NCBI GenBank assembly: GCA_031409655.1
Contig: JANNXQ010000235.1
Coordinates: 26,025-90,024 of the forward strand
Source of the DNA: Chthoniobacteraceae bacterium
GTDB taxonomy: Bacteria; Verrucomicrobiota; Verrucomicrobiia; Chthoniobacterales; Chthoniobacteraceae
DNA length: 64,000 nucleotides
Direction of reading: 5' to 3'
Shown: piece after piece, positions 52,797 to 62,856 of the stretch
Numbering within the stretch: position 1 is the first letter of the stretch
Layout: each line of letters begins with the position of its first letter
Notes under the pieces: model-generated
What the model saw: only the letters and a program-made list of their open reading frames with translations
What the model was told of the DNA's origin: nothing
Database searches by the model: none
Position numbers and translations under genes: made by a program

Positions 52797-53585
52797 ATGC
52801 TGAATAAACTCCTGGGAATCGTCCCCAACGCCTCCGAGCACGGCTACCTGATCGACCACCTGCTGGAGTTCTGTCATTGGTTCATGCTCCTGCTCTTCGT
52901 CGGTTGGACCGGTTATTTCTTCTACACGATCTTCCGCTTTCATAAGTCGAGGAATCCGAAGGCCAATTATCATGGGGTGAAGAGTAAGGCATCGGCCCAT
53001 CTTGAGTTTTCCGTTGTCTTGGTCGAGGCGGTATTGCTCCTTGGTTTTGCCCTTCCGTTGTGGGGTAAGCGCGTGAATCCTGACCAGTGGCCGGATAGAG
53101 ACAAAGCGATTAGTGTACACGCGATCGGGGAGCAGTTTGGCTGGAATTTTCATTACCCTGGTCTCGATGGGGTCTTCGGTCGCCGGGAAACCGGACTTGT
53201 GGATGGCAATAATCCCGTGGGCCTCGACATGAATGATCCTGCCGCGAAGGACGATATCCTTTCGAGAAACGAGTTGCATCTTGTGAACCATAAACCCGCG
53301 GTCATCCAGATTTCGTCGAAGGACGTGATTCATGGTTTTTCACTCCAGCACATGCGCATGTCTCAGGATGCGATTCCTGGGAGTAAGATCCCGATGTGGT
53401 TCCGTCCGATCAAGGCGGGTGAGTTTGAAATCGTCTGTTCCCAGCTTTGCGGCGCTGGCCACTACGCGATGAAGGCCCTAATGATCGTCGAGGATCAGGC
53501 AAAGTATGATGAGTGGTTCGATGAGAGGTTTAAAATGCAGCATCCCGACGCAGCAGCCGCGGCGGCCAAGGTGGCGGCGCAGTGA
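52797..53585 (+). CDS. ctaC: Cytochrome c oxidase subunit II (CuA), no fused cytochrome c
   Basis: Two TM helices, EQFGWNFHYP, DVIHGF, CSQLCGAGHYAM. Confidence 0.93.
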   Translation: MLNKLLGIVPNASEHGYLIDHLLEFCHWFMLLLFVGWTGYFFYTIFRFHKSRNPKANYHGVKSKASAHLEFSVVLVEAVLLLGFALPLWGKRVNPDQWPDRDKAISVHAIGEQFGWNFHYPGLDGVFGRRETGLVDGNNPVGLDMNDPAAKDDILSRNELHLVNHKPAVIQISSKDVIHGFSLQHMRMSQDAIPGSKIPMWFRPIKAGEFEIVCSQLCGAGHYAMKALMIVEDQAKYDEWFDERFKMQHPDAAAAAAKVAAQ

Positions 53586-53598
53586 GCGGCGCTTCCAG

Positions 53599-54774
53599 GT
53601 GAACGCAACCTCGACAGCGGTTGACGGGGACCCGGGGCTGGCGCGCTTTGCGAAAGTGGTCGTCGCGCTAACCTTCCTCCTCATTCTCATCGGCGGGCAT
53701 ACGACGACCGCTGGTGCCGGGATGGCGTTTCCGGATTGGCCGATGAGCCACGGATCTTTCAATCCTGATGGCTGGTGGAGCGATGGAATGCAGCGGCTTG
53801 AGCATGGTCACCGTTACCTGGCTGAGGCGGTTGGTTTGGCGATCGGGGTGCTTTGCGCGTGGGTCTGGCGTGCGGGAAAAGCGGTGCCTCTTTCGTTTCT
53901 CGGTGCGGGGCTGCTCGCAGTTGCGGCGGCGCTGCTGAAGCTCCCGAAAGTCACGGTGGTGCATATTGGACTGTGGTCTTCGGTGGTGCTTTTCCTCGGG
54001 CTGCTCTGGTTTTTCTCGCGGAAGGATCGTGCTCCACGCAGCGCAGCGGTGCGTTGGCTGGCGCTCGCGGCATTTTTCGGAGTCTGTGTGCAGGCCGTGC
54101 TCGGGGGCATGCGGGTCATTCACGATCCGGCTGGCACCCTCGCCGGCAGCGTGGGCACGGCCACGGTCCTGCGTGTGGTGCATGGATGTTTCGCCCAATT
54201 TGAGCTTTGCCTCCTCGTGGCCATCGCGGCGCTGCTCTCGCCGGCGTGGGCGCGAGCCTGGCCGAAGGTTGAACTGCGCGGTGTGGCGCGACTCGCCTGG
54301 ATCACGGCAGCGTTCGTGTTTCTCCAACTCGCCGTCGGCGCCTCGATGCGCCATCTCGGCGCTGGCCTCGCGATCCCGACTTATCCGCGGATGGCGGATG
54401 GCGGATGGGTGCCGAGCGCGCACAATGCGCTCATCGACCTCAATTTCACGCACACCCGTCTTGGCGCCGTGGTCGTGTCCATTCTCGTGCTCGCCCTCGT
54501 CGCGCTGGCCTTTCGGAGAGCCGGTAGCGCCTTGGCCATTACCCGGCCCAGCGCGCTCTTGCTGGCCTTGCTCATTGTCCAGTTCAGCCTTGGAGTCCTC
54601 GTCATATGGAAAATGCGTCCGCCAATTCTCACCACGCTCCACGTCGTGAACGGCGCAGCCCTACTCGCGACCCTGGTCCTGCTCGCCGTGCGCGCGAGCC
54701 GCACCGCGCGCCCGCTCACCGTGGCCAGCAAATCGCCGGCGCGGACGCGGGAACTCACGGAGGCGCACGCGTGA
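53599..54774 (+). CDS. ctaA: Heme A synthase (COX15/CtaA)
   Basis: GMAFPDWP, EHGHR, VHGCFAQ, GASMRH, FTHTR, TTLHV; GTG start inferred. Confidence 0.88.
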   Translation: MNATSTAVDGDPGLARFAKVVVALTFLLILIGGHTTTAGAGMAFPDWPMSHGSFNPDGWWSDGMQRLEHGHRYLAEAVGLAIGVLCAWVWRAGKAVPLSFLGAGLLAVAAALLKLPKVTVVHIGLWSSVVLFLGLLWFFSRKDRAPRSAAVRWLALAAFFGVCVQAVLGGMRVIHDPAGTLAGSVGTATVLRVVHGCFAQFELCLLVAIAALLSPAWARAWPKVELRGVARLAWITAAFVFLQLAVGASMRHLGAGLAIPTYPRMADGGWVPSAHNALIDLNFTHTRLGAVVVSILVLALVALAFRRAGSALAITRPSALLLALLIVQFSLGVLVIWKMRPPILTTLHVVNGAALLATLVLLAVRASRTARPLTVASKSPARTRELTEAHA

Positions 54775-55685
54775 GCCGTCCCCTGCAAGACGCCGCTATC
54801 TCGATGGAAATCCCACGCGTGGATGATGAGCAGGGGATCGTCGGGGATGTGCTGGCGCTGACCAAGGCGCGCCTCAGCTTCCTCGTCGTCGTCACTACCT
54901 TTGTCGGTTTCTGCATGGCTTCCGGGCCGCGGCTGGACTGGCTCTTACTCGTCCAGGCAGTGCTCGGCACCACCCTGGCTGCCTTCGCTGCCGCGGCGCT
55001 GAACCAATACTTCGAGTCGCACGTTGATCGACTCATGGAGCGCACCCGCCATCGCCCCCTCCCAGCCGGCCGCATGCGGCCTGGCACGGCTCTTGCCTTT
55101 GGCTTGGTGCTCGGGGCCATCGGTGTCGTCTGGCTCGCCCTCGCGGCGAATACCCTCAGCGCTTCCCTCGCTGCCGCGACCATCCTGATCTACATCGCTT
55201 TTTACACCCCGCTGAAGCGCCGCACTTCGCTCTGCACCATCGTCGGCGCCGTCGCCGGGGCGATTCCGCCAATCATTGGTTGGACCGCCATCCGGCCGTC
55301 CTTCGATGCCGGGGCGTGGATTCTCTTCGGCGTGCTTTTCACCTGGCAGATGCCGCACTTCCTCGCGATCGCCTGGATGTATCGCGATGAATATGCGCAG
55401 GCTGGCTTCGTCATGTTGCGGCGCGACGACCTGAGCGGCTGCGCCACCGCCATGCAGAGCCTGCTCTACACCATCGCGCTCACGGTCATCACCATCTTCC
55501 CCTTCAGCCGAGGCATGAATAACGGCGTCTATCTGACCGGCGCGCTCATCCTCGACGCCCTGCTCCTTGCCTGCGCCGTACAATTCCTGATGCAGCGCAA
55601 TCGTCCCGCCGCCCGCCGCCTCTTTTTCGCCTCCATCATTTTCCTCCCGCTGCTGCTCGGTCTCATGATCTTCACCAAGGTCTGA
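54771..55685 (+). CDS. ctaB: Heme O synthase (protoheme IX farnesyltransferase)
   Basis: LTKARL, DRLMERTRHRPLPAG, YTPLKR, GAIPPIIGW, WQMPHF...YRDEY. Confidence 0.95.
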   Translation: MSRPLQDAAISMEIPRVDDEQGIVGDVLALTKARLSFLVVVTTFVGFCMASGPRLDWLLLVQAVLGTTLAAFAAAALNQYFESHVDRLMERTRHRPLPAGRMRPGTALAFGLVLGAIGVVWLALAANTLSASLAAATILIYIAFYTPLKRRTSLCTIVGAVAGAIPPIIGWTAIRPSFDAGAWILFGVLFTWQMPHFLAIAWMYRDEYAQAGFVMLRRDDLSGCATAMQSLLYTIALTVITIFPFSRGMNNGVYLTGALILDALLLACAVQFLMQRNRPAARRLFFASIIFLPLLLGLMIFTKV

Positions 55686-56266
55686 TGCGAGGTCCTTTGT
55701 TTGCCCTGCTGCTTCTGGTCGCGGGCTGTTCGCGGACCCCGGAGGCAGCGCCCGAAGAACTGCGAAAAATAAAGGAGCTTCCGGCCTTCCAACTCACCGA
55801 GCGCACCGGCGACGCCTTTGGTCTCGATCAAATCAAAGGCCACGTCTGGGTCGCCAATTTCTTCTACACCACCTGCCCCGGTCCCTGCGCCGCGCTCAGC
55901 GCCCGGATGGGTGACGTGCAGAAAGCGGTCGCTGATTTTGGAGACGTCCGCCTCGTCTCGATTTCGAGCGATCCGGTGAAAGACACGCCCGAAGTGCTCC
56001 GCGGATATGCCCAGACCTTTAACGCTGGCCCGCACTGGTTTTTCCTCACTGGGAATAAGGAGGCCATCTACGAACTGGCCAACAAAGGCTTCCTCCTCAG
56101 TCTCACCGAAGACCTGATGAATACCACCGAGCCCATCACCCACGCCACCCGCCTGGTCCTCGTCGATCGCACCGGCACCATCCGCGGTTACTACGATGGC
56201 ACCACCAGCGAAGGCATCGCCCGCCTGCTCGCCGCCGTAAAACGTCTCCGCGCAGAAAAGCCATGA
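55685..56266 (+). CDS. SCO family copper chaperone (lipoprotein)
   Basis: Lipobox VAGC; FFYTTCPGPC (CxxxC); DPVKDTP; ITH. Confidence 0.92.
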   Translation: MRGPLFALLLLVAGCSRTPEAAPEELRKIKELPAFQLTERTGDAFGLDQIKGHVWVANFFYTTCPGPCAALSARMGDVQKAVADFGDVRLVSISSDPVKDTPEVLRGYAQTFNAGPHWFFLTGNKEAIYELANKGFLLSLTEDLMNTTEPITHATRLVLVDRTGTIRGYYDGTTSEGIARLLAAVKRLRAEKP

Positions 56267-56694
56267 CCGTCAGCGACCTGCCTGCCGTCAATGCCAGCCT
56301 CAACGCGCTGAGCACCCTCTTCATCATCGCCGGGCTCATCGCGATTAAGAACGACCGCAAGACCGCGCACATCGCGGCGATGGTCAGCGCGCTCGTCACG
56401 TCCACCGCCTTCCTCGCGAGCTACCTCACCTACCACTGGATGAAAGCCGGTGTGGTCACCAAGTTCACCGAGCCCGGCTGGCCCAAAGCGGTCTATTTCG
56501 TCATCCTCTTCACCCACATCCCGTTGGCCGCCCTCACCCTGCCGCTCGTCTTAGTGACCGTCATCCCTGCCCTCCGCGCCCGCTATGATCGGCACCGCCG
56601 CTGGGCGAAAATCACGGCCCCCATCTGGCTCTACGTCTCGGTGACCGGCGTCCTCGTTTACTTGATGCTCTACGTCTGGTATCCGCCCCAGTAG
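56263..56694 (+). CDS. DUF420 family membrane protein
   Basis: LPAVNASLN, FLASYLTYH, THIPLA, HRRWAK...WLYVSVTG. Confidence 0.9.
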   Translation: MTVSDLPAVNASLNALSTLFIIAGLIAIKNDRKTAHIAAMVSALVTSTAFLASYLTYHWMKAGVVTKFTEPGWPKAVYFVILFTHIPLAALTLPLVLVTVIPALRARYDRHRRWAKITAPIWLYVSVTGVLVYLMLYVWYPPQ

Positions 56695-56726
56695 TCGAAC
56701 TTGGTTCGTCGCGGGGGGCCGGGGGG

Positions 56727-57179
56727 CTACTCGATGATGTAAGAATAGCGGCCAGCGGACCTTTTCCGGAAAGCTCCCGTGACCAGTGCGCCATTGTCCA
56801 TGCGCTCGTCGATATCGGACATCCGCAGATCGTCGTCCGCCGGGAGGACCACGGAGATGGCGGCGTTTGAGCCGTTGGCCTGGAAGTCCCAGTCCCAGCT
56901 ACCGGCGAGGGTGTTGGCTTTGCCCCAGTTGCTATTGCGCAGGTAGATGCCCAAGCCTGGGGGCATGATGCCGGCGGGAGATTCCGCCGGGTAGCGGGCA
57001 TTCTCCGCAGCGTACATTTCCACCGCCGCAGCGGCGGTGCGTAAATCATTAATGAATTGGGTGTTCTGCGTCATCTGGCGCGCGCGATACAGAGCCGGCA
57101 GCGCGATCAAAGCGAGATCGGCGAGGATCACCACGATGATGAGCAATTCGATGATGCTGAAGCCGGCCTTGCGGTGCAT
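56727..57179 (-). CDS. Type IV pilin/pseudopilin-like protein
   Basis: Class III signal KAG|FSIIELLIIVVI followed by a helical region. Confidence 0.8.
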   Translation of the reverse strand: MHRKAGFSIIELLIIVVILADLALIALPALYRARQMTQNTQFINDLRTAAAAVEMYAAENARYPAESPAGIMPPGLGIYLRNSNWGKANTLAGSWDWDFQANGSNAAISVVLPADDDLRMSDIDERMDNGALVTGAFRKRSAGRYSYIIE

Positions 57180-57339
57180 GGGAAGCCTTAGGGGTAGCAG
57201 TGGCTATTCCATGCCGTGTGAAAAGACGGCGACGGGATGAATTTGGGGCCGGCCGGGACGGACGACCAGTCGCTTTCCGCACTTGCGACTAAGCTCGCAC
57301 CCGACGACGGATTACCTCCCGCAAGCCGAAACCCGCCGC

Positions 57340-58788
57340 ATGTCGCATCATCTGCCCAGCCTCGAACACCATTTCCTCACCCGTCGCGACTTTCTGAATC
57401 GCTGCGGCATGGGCATGGGCGCGCTCGCTTTCGGGGGCGTCCTCCAGCAGGCCCTCGGGCTGCCGACCGCCGCGGAGTCTGCGAGCCTGAATCCGCTCCT
57501 GCCCAAGGCGCCGCACTTTGCCGCAAAGGCGAAGCGCGTGATCCACATCTTTGCCAATGGCGGGCCGTCGCACCTCGATACCTTTGACCCCAAGCCAGCC
57601 CTGGACAAATGGCACGGGAAGGAAATCCCGAGTCACCTGCCGACCGAGCGCAAGACGGGGGCGGCTTTCAAGTCGCCTTTCGCTTTCAAAAAATATGGGA
57701 GAAGCGGGATCGAGGTGAGCGATCTTTTCGCGAAGACGGCGGAGTCCATCGACGACATCTGCGTGATCCGCTCAATGCGCGCGGATGTGCCGAATCATGA
57801 GCCATCGCTCCTGCTGATGAATTGTGGCGAGGCGCGGCAAGTCCGGCCGAGCATGGGTTCGTGGCTCACCTATGGGCTCGGGAGTGAAAATCAAAACATG
57901 CCGGGTTTCATCACGATGTGTCCCGGCGGCTACCCCATCCAGGAATCGCAGAACTGGCAGTGCGGTTTCCTGCCGGGTGTTTTCCAGGGGACCTACATCG
58001 ACACGAAGCACACCGAGGTCGAGAAGCTGATCGAAAACATCCGCAGCAAATACGTTTCGCTGAAAGAACAGCGCGCGCAGCTCGACCTGCTCCAGCAGCT
58101 CAATGCCGACCACGAACGCCGCCGGCAAAACGACGCGCAACTCGAGGCGCGGGTGCAATCCTTTGAACTCGCCTACCGGATGCAGATGGACGCGGCGGAT
58201 GCGTTCGATGTCTCGCGCGAGCCGCAGTCGATCCGCGATCTGTATGGCCCGGGCACGCAGGCGCGGCAGCTTCTCATCGCGCGCCGGCTGGTGGAGCGCG
58301 GCGTGCGCATGGTGCAGGTCTGGCATGGCGAAGGGCAGCCGTGGGACAGTCATGACGACATCGAGAAGCGACACGCGCAGCTCGCGGGGGAGTGCGATCA
58401 GGGCATCGGTGCGCTGCTCAAGGATCTGAAGCAGCGCGGGCTGCTCGAGGATACGCTCGTGATGTGGGGTGGGGAATTTGGGCGCACGCCGACGGTCGAA
58501 CTTCCCGCTCCCGGCTCCAACGCCGGCAAGGTCAATGGCCGCGATCACAATCACCACGGCTTCACCATGTGGCTTGCCGGTGGTGGGGTGAAAGGCGGCA
58601 CGGTCTATGGTGCGACGGATGAGTTTGGGTTTAAGGCGGCGGAGAATCCGGTCCATGTGCATGACCTCCACGCCACGATCCTGCACCTGCTCGGCTTTGA
58701 TCACGAAAAGCTCACGTATCGCTACGCCGGTCGCGACTTCCGCCTCACGGATGTGCAGGGCGAAGTGATCAAGGGCATCCTCGCCTGA
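57340..58788 (+). CDS. DUF1501 family protein (sulfatase-like PVC subfamily) with Tat signal
   Basis: TRRDFL; AKAKRVIHIFANGGPSHLDTFDPKP; ARRLVERGVR; WDSH; GEFGRTP; GRDHN. Confidence 0.92.
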   Translation: MSHHLPSLEHHFLTRRDFLNRCGMGMGALAFGGVLQQALGLPTAAESASLNPLLPKAPHFAAKAKRVIHIFANGGPSHLDTFDPKPALDKWHGKEIPSHLPTERKTGAAFKSPFAFKKYGRSGIEVSDLFAKTAESIDDICVIRSMRADVPNHEPSLLLMNCGEARQVRPSMGSWLTYGLGSENQNMPGFITMCPGGYPIQESQNWQCGFLPGVFQGTYIDTKHTEVEKLIENIRSKYVSLKEQRAQLDLLQQLNADHERRRQNDAQLEARVQSFELAYRMQMDAADAFDVSREPQSIRDLYGPGTQARQLLIARRLVERGVRMVQVWHGEGQPWDSHDDIEKRHAQLAGECDQGIGALLKDLKQRGLLEDTLVMWGGEFGRTPTVELPAPGSNAGKVNGRDHNHHGFTMWLAGGGVKGGTVYGATDEFGFKAAENPVHVHDLHATILHLLGFDHEKLTYRYAGRDFRLTDVQGEVIKGILA

Positions 58789-58805
58789 GTCGCTGCGCGC
58801 GGACC

Positions 58806-59786
58806 TCAGCGGAGCGCGGCGAGATCGGCTTCCACCATCTCGCGCACGAGTTCCTGAAAAGTGCGGGTGGGCTTCCAGCCAAGTTCACGGCGGAGCTTTG
58901 CGGAATCGCCCAAGAGTTGCCCGGGCTCGGTGCGGCGCTGCAAGGCCGCGTCCTCGACGACATATTTCTCCCAGGGCAGGTCCACGACCTCAAAGGCGGC
59001 CTGCGCAAACTCGAGCACGCTGTGGCTCTCGCCCGTGGCCACGATGAAGTCGTCCGCCCGCGAATGCTGCAGCATCATCCACATCGCGCGGACGTAATCC
59101 TGCGCGTGGCCCCAGTCGCGGCGGGCCTGCACATTGCCGAGCGTGAGGCGGTCGGTGAGGCCGAGTTTGATCCGGGCCACATGGCTGGTGATTTTTCGCG
59201 TCACGAAGTTCTCCCCGCGCCGCGGCGACTCGTGATTGTAGAGGATGCCATTTGCGACAAAGAGGCCATGGGCCTCGCGGTAAACGCCGGCGATCTGTGT
59301 GGCGAAAGCTTTGGCGCAGCCATACGGGCTCGTCGGGCGAAAGGCCGTCTGCTCCGTCTGGGGCGACTCTTTCACGGAGCCGAAGATCTCCGAAGTCGAG
59401 GCGTGATACAGGCGCACGGGCTGCGGCTGGTCGCGGCAAATTTCCAGCAGGCGCAGTGTGGCCATGCCGACCTCTTCGCACGTGGACTCCGGGATCTCGA
59501 AGCTGATGCCCACATGGCTCTGGCCAGCGAGATGGTACACCTCGGTGGGCTGCACCTTTCGGAAGATCCGGCGCAGCGTAGTCGCATCCGAGAGATCGCT
59601 GTAGTGGAGGAAAAAAGTGTGACCGCAGATTGCGGGATCGTTGCGCAGATGCTCGATGCGCGAGCGCACCAGATTGCTGGTGCGGCGCACCAGGCCATGC
59701 ACCGTGTAGCCCTTCGAGAGCAGCAACTCGGCGAGATAGGAACCATCCTGGCCGGTGACTCCGGTGATGAGAGCGACGGGTGTCAT
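58806..59786 (-). CDS. gmd: GDP-mannose 4,6-dehydratase
   Basis: ALITGVTGQDGSYLAE, QSHV, ASTSE, SPYGCAK, NHESPRRGENFVTRKI, RDWGHA. Confidence 0.95.
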   Translation of the reverse strand: MTPVALITGVTGQDGSYLAELLLSKGYTVHGLVRRTSNLVRSRIEHLRNDPAICGHTFFLHYSDLSDATTLRRIFRKVQPTEVYHLAGQSHVGISFEIPESTCEEVGMATLRLLEICRDQPQPVRLYHASTSEIFGSVKESPQTEQTAFRPTSPYGCAKAFATQIAGVYREAHGLFVANGILYNHESPRRGENFVTRKITSHVARIKLGLTDRLTLGNVQARRDWGHAQDYVRAMWMMLQHSRADDFIVATGESHSVLEFAQAAFEVVDLPWEKYVVEDAALQRRTEPGQLLGDSAKLRRELGWKPTRTFQELVREMVEADLAALR

Positions 59787-59814
59787 GATGGGGAAGGGGA
59801 CATCGCGTTCACCA

Positions 59815-59852
59815 GTTCGACGTTCGATGTTCGAGATTCAAAATTCGATGTT
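59815..59852. repeat. Degenerate heptamer tandem repeat (GTTCGAN)n
   Basis: gttcgac gttcgat gttcgag attcaaa attcgat gtt, upstream of gmd. Confidence 0.65.
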
Positions 59853-59870
59853 TTCTTCATGGCGTGGACC

Positions 59871-61502
59871 TCAGTTTGCCCGCGGATTTTCAAACACCGC
59901 CACCCACGCATTCGATCTCGGAGAAACCGCCGCGCCATTGAGGGACCACCGGTAGCTCGTCTCATCCAGCGATAAAATCTCGGCGATCCCCGCGAGCCGC
60001 AGCGTCTTTTGATATTCGTTGAACCACTCGAGAATCCGCCTGTGCGAATCCGGCCGCTGGAGCCACGAAGTCGAGATGGAAACGAAAACGATGTAACGCG
60101 GATTCGCCTGCTCGATCTCGCGGATCATTTCCTCCTGCATCTTTGCGGCAAAGGGCTGCGGCTCCATGAGCGGGTATGTATAGATGTAGCCCGTGGCCGA
60201 GCGCCGCTTGCTGTAGAAATAGATCTGCGGCTCAGAACCGATCACGGCGATTTTCGAGTTCGAGAGGCAGTGTTGGTCGATGAACTTCGCGATCTCGATG
60301 GATTCCGGGAAGGGGTTGGCGCCGTAGATTTGGCGATTCGCGCGGATCGGCGAGAGCTGGAAGAAGATGCTGCGTCCGGCCCAGAGGGTGTGCGCCGCAC
60401 TCAGTCCGAAGAGCGTGGCCGCGATCGCTGCCGCCGACACCTGCGGAGTTGATCGGGCGAGCATTTCCGTGATCACCTTCACCGCGATGCCGGCCAGTAG
60501 CCCCACCGCCGGGAGGAGCAAAATGAAGTAGTGTCCGCGAAAGTACCATCCGGGACACACCGCGAGAAACGAGCAGAAGACCAAGCCTGCGACGAAGAGG
60601 CGCCATTCCTTCAGCGCCGGCGAAAGCCAGAGGAGCACGAAGCCGAGCGCTGCGAGGATCCACAGCCCCGGTGCGTCTGCGAAAAGCCCACCCATCGTCT
60701 CCGCGAGCAATTGCATCCCCAGCGACGGACCGAGAATGGACGCATACGCCGCCGCATATTCGATGGTCCAATACCAGAACCGATCGAAGACCCCGGCGCT
60801 CGCGAGGATCGCACAGGTCACTCCGAAGGGCAGCAAGCCGCCCGCCGCCAGCACTCCGAGTCGGCTGGCGAGCCGCCGCCCATCTTTCGCCCCGCCGCCC
60901 CACTCCCTCCCCGCCACCCAGAGCGCCGCGAAGAGGCCAAAAGCCGCGCCCGCCTGCTTCGCCAGGATCGCGACTCCGATCAGCAGGCCAGCGGCGAAAA
61001 TCCGCCGCAGCCTCGTCTCCGGGCCCAAATCCCGCAGCAGCAAGACCCCGGCGAGGGCCGGCAAAATCACGAAATGCGTGGCATGCCCCGCGATGCCGAG
61101 CGTCGTCTGCGTGATGGCCAGCAGCGCATACGTCCCCGCCGCGACCACCGCGCCCGCGTCCCCGCAGATGCGCCGCGCCAGCAGGAAGGTCAGCACCGCT
61201 GTCGCGATCGTGATCAGGATGAGCGCGAAATGAATCCCCGCCGTCGTCTCCCCGAAGACTGCCATGATCGCTGCATAAGCCGCGTAAGTCCCCGGCCACT
61301 TCATATTGTACGCCATGAGATACGGCGGCACCCCTTGCAGCATGAGCTGCCCCGCATACGCATACTCGCCCTCATCGCGCTCCAGCGGAAAATCCAGCAA
61401 CCGCAGCCTGATCCCACCGACAATCAGCAGCACCAACCCGAGCGCCGCCCACGGCTTCCAGGCGCGCCGGAGGTCAGGGGAATTCGCGGGAGGCTCGTGC
61501 AT
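59871..61502 (-). CDS. ArnT/GT39-like (GT-C) membrane glycosyltransferase
   Basis: LERDEGEYAY, MKWPG, LAKQ, multiple TM helices, soluble C-terminal domain. Confidence 0.8.
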   Translation of the reverse strand: MHEPPANSPDLRRAWKPWAALGLVLLIVGGIRLRLLDFPLERDEGEYAYAGQLMLQGVPPYLMAYNMKWPGTYAAYAAIMAVFGETTAGIHFALILITIATAVLTFLLARRICGDAGAVVAAGTYALLAITQTTLGIAGHATHFVILPALAGVLLLRDLGPETRLRRIFAAGLLIGVAILAKQAGAAFGLFAALWVAGREWGGGAKDGRRLASRLGVLAAGGLLPFGVTCAILASAGVFDRFWYWTIEYAAAYASILGPSLGMQLLAETMGGLFADAPGLWILAALGFVLLWLSPALKEWRLFVAGLVFCSFLAVCPGWYFRGHYFILLLPAVGLLAGIAVKVITEMLARSTPQVSAAAIAATLFGLSAAHTLWAGRSIFFQLSPIRANRQIYGANPFPESIEIAKFIDQHCLSNSKIAVIGSEPQIYFYSKRRSATGYIYTYPLMEPQPFAAKMQEEMIREIEQANPRYIVFVSISTSWLQRPDSHRRILEWFNEYQKTLRLAGIAEILSLDETSYRWSLNGAAVSPRSNAWVAVFENPRAN

Positions 61503-61574
61503 CTGCGGCGCTCTACGTGTTTTCCGCGGTTCTGGCAACGCCCTTGGACGTCCGCGATCCGCCGCGATCCAGGC

Positions 61575-62294
61575 TCACACTTTGAAGCCCGCGGCGGTGG
61601 CGTCGCGGTGGAACATCTTCACCGTATCGAGGGAGAGTTCGCCGAGATCCATGCCGCACATCGTCATCGCCTTCTGGATCACATCGTGCGTGACGGTGAT
61701 GATTTGCGCACCGCAGTGGTCCGCTTGGAAAATGTTCAGCACTTCGCGGCAGCTTGCCCAGAGTAGTTCGGCGCTGGGGTGCGCTTGCAAAATTTGCAGG
61801 CACTCGACCATCAGAGGAGTCGGATCGACGCCAGTATCGGCGATGCGTCCGGCGAAGACGGAAACGACCGAAGGGGTGGACGCGTCGAGCGCTTCGGCAA
61901 CGCCGCGCACCTGATCGAGCGTCAAGATCGCAGTCACATTGAGCTTCACGCCTTCGCGCGAAAGATCACGAATGAGGTCATTCGCGGATTCGCCTTGGGT
62001 GTTCGTGATCGGAATCTTTACGTACACATTGCTCTGCCACGACCCGATTTTGAGGGCCTGGCGCCGCATCTCGGGAAAGTCGTCGGCGAAGACTTCGAAG
62101 GAGATGGGTTTTGCTGTTACGATCTGGAGCACTTCCTTCGCAAAGGCTTCGTAGTCGGTGAGCCCTGCCTTGCGCATCAGCGTTGGGTTCGTCGTCAGTC
62201 CCTTGATGAGGGGATTGGCGGCGAGGGCTTCCATGCCTTTTTTGTCGGCGCCGTCGGCGAAAATCTTGATCCGGAGGTCAGCGAGGGTGCTCAT
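61575..62294 (-). CDS. Small (TalC/FSA-fold) transaldolase
   Basis: IFADGA, GLTTNPT, ISFEV (Glu), VYVKIP (Schiff-base Lys), NVTA, SVFAGR (Phe). The Glu/Phe pattern indicates a transaldolase rather than FSA. Confidence 0.88.
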   Translation of the reverse strand: MSTLADLRIKIFADGADKKGMEALAANPLIKGLTTNPTLMRKAGLTDYEAFAKEVLQIVTAKPISFEVFADDFPEMRRQALKIGSWQSNVYVKIPITNTQGESANDLIRDLSREGVKLNVTAILTLDQVRGVAEALDASTPSVVSVFAGRIADTGVDPTPLMVECLQILQAHPSAELLWASCREVLNIFQADHCGAQIITVTHDVIQKAMTMCGMDLGELSLDTVKMFHRDATAAGFKV

Positions 62295-62835
62295 GATGTG
62301 GGGAGGGGACTTGGGCAGTGATCAATTGCGCAGCTTCCAGCAGACCACTGACGCGGTGGTGCGGCAGTTGGCGGAGGCTTTCGGCGTAGCCGTAGTCGAT
62401 AAAAATGGTGGTGCAGCCAGCGGCACGGCCGCAGTCGATGTCCCGCCAGCGGTCGCCGACCATGAAACTCGCGGCCAAGTCGATGCCGAGTGCTTCCGCC
62501 GCGCGGAGCAACATGCCGGGCGCGGGCTTGTAAAAGTCGGAGGGCACTCCATTCCCCGGATCGTAGCAGACTTCGATCCTGTCGATCGGCAGGCTTCGGC
62601 AGAGGTGTTGGTGCATCTCCTCGACCACGGGCTGGCTCTGCGTTCCGCGGCCCACGTCGGGTTGGTTGGTCACGACGATGAGGAGAAAGCCCGCGCTCTT
62701 GAGCAAGGCGCACGCTTCACCGACTCCCGGGAGAAGCTCGAACTCGGCGAGGCTCGTCGGGGGATAGGGCTTGCCGTTGCGGACGACGGGACGATTGAGA
62801 ACGCCGTCGCGATCGAGGAAGACGGCCGCGCTCAT
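62278..62835 (-). CDS. GmhB-like HAD-IIIA sugar-bisphosphate phosphatase
   Basis: AVFLDRDGVLN, VVTNQP, KPAPGML, MVGDRWRDI. Confidence 0.88.
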   Translation of the reverse strand: MSAAVFLDRDGVLNRPVVRNGKPYPPTSLAEFELLPGVGEACALLKSAGFLLIVVTNQPDVGRGTQSQPVVEEMHQHLCRSLPIDRIEVCYDPGNGVPSDFYKPAPGMLLRAAEALGIDLAASFMVGDRWRDIDCGRAAGCTTIFIDYGYAESLRQLPHHRVSGLLEAAQLITAQVPSPHHEHPR

Positions 62836-62856
62836 CGTTTGGTCAGTGGAGGCGGA

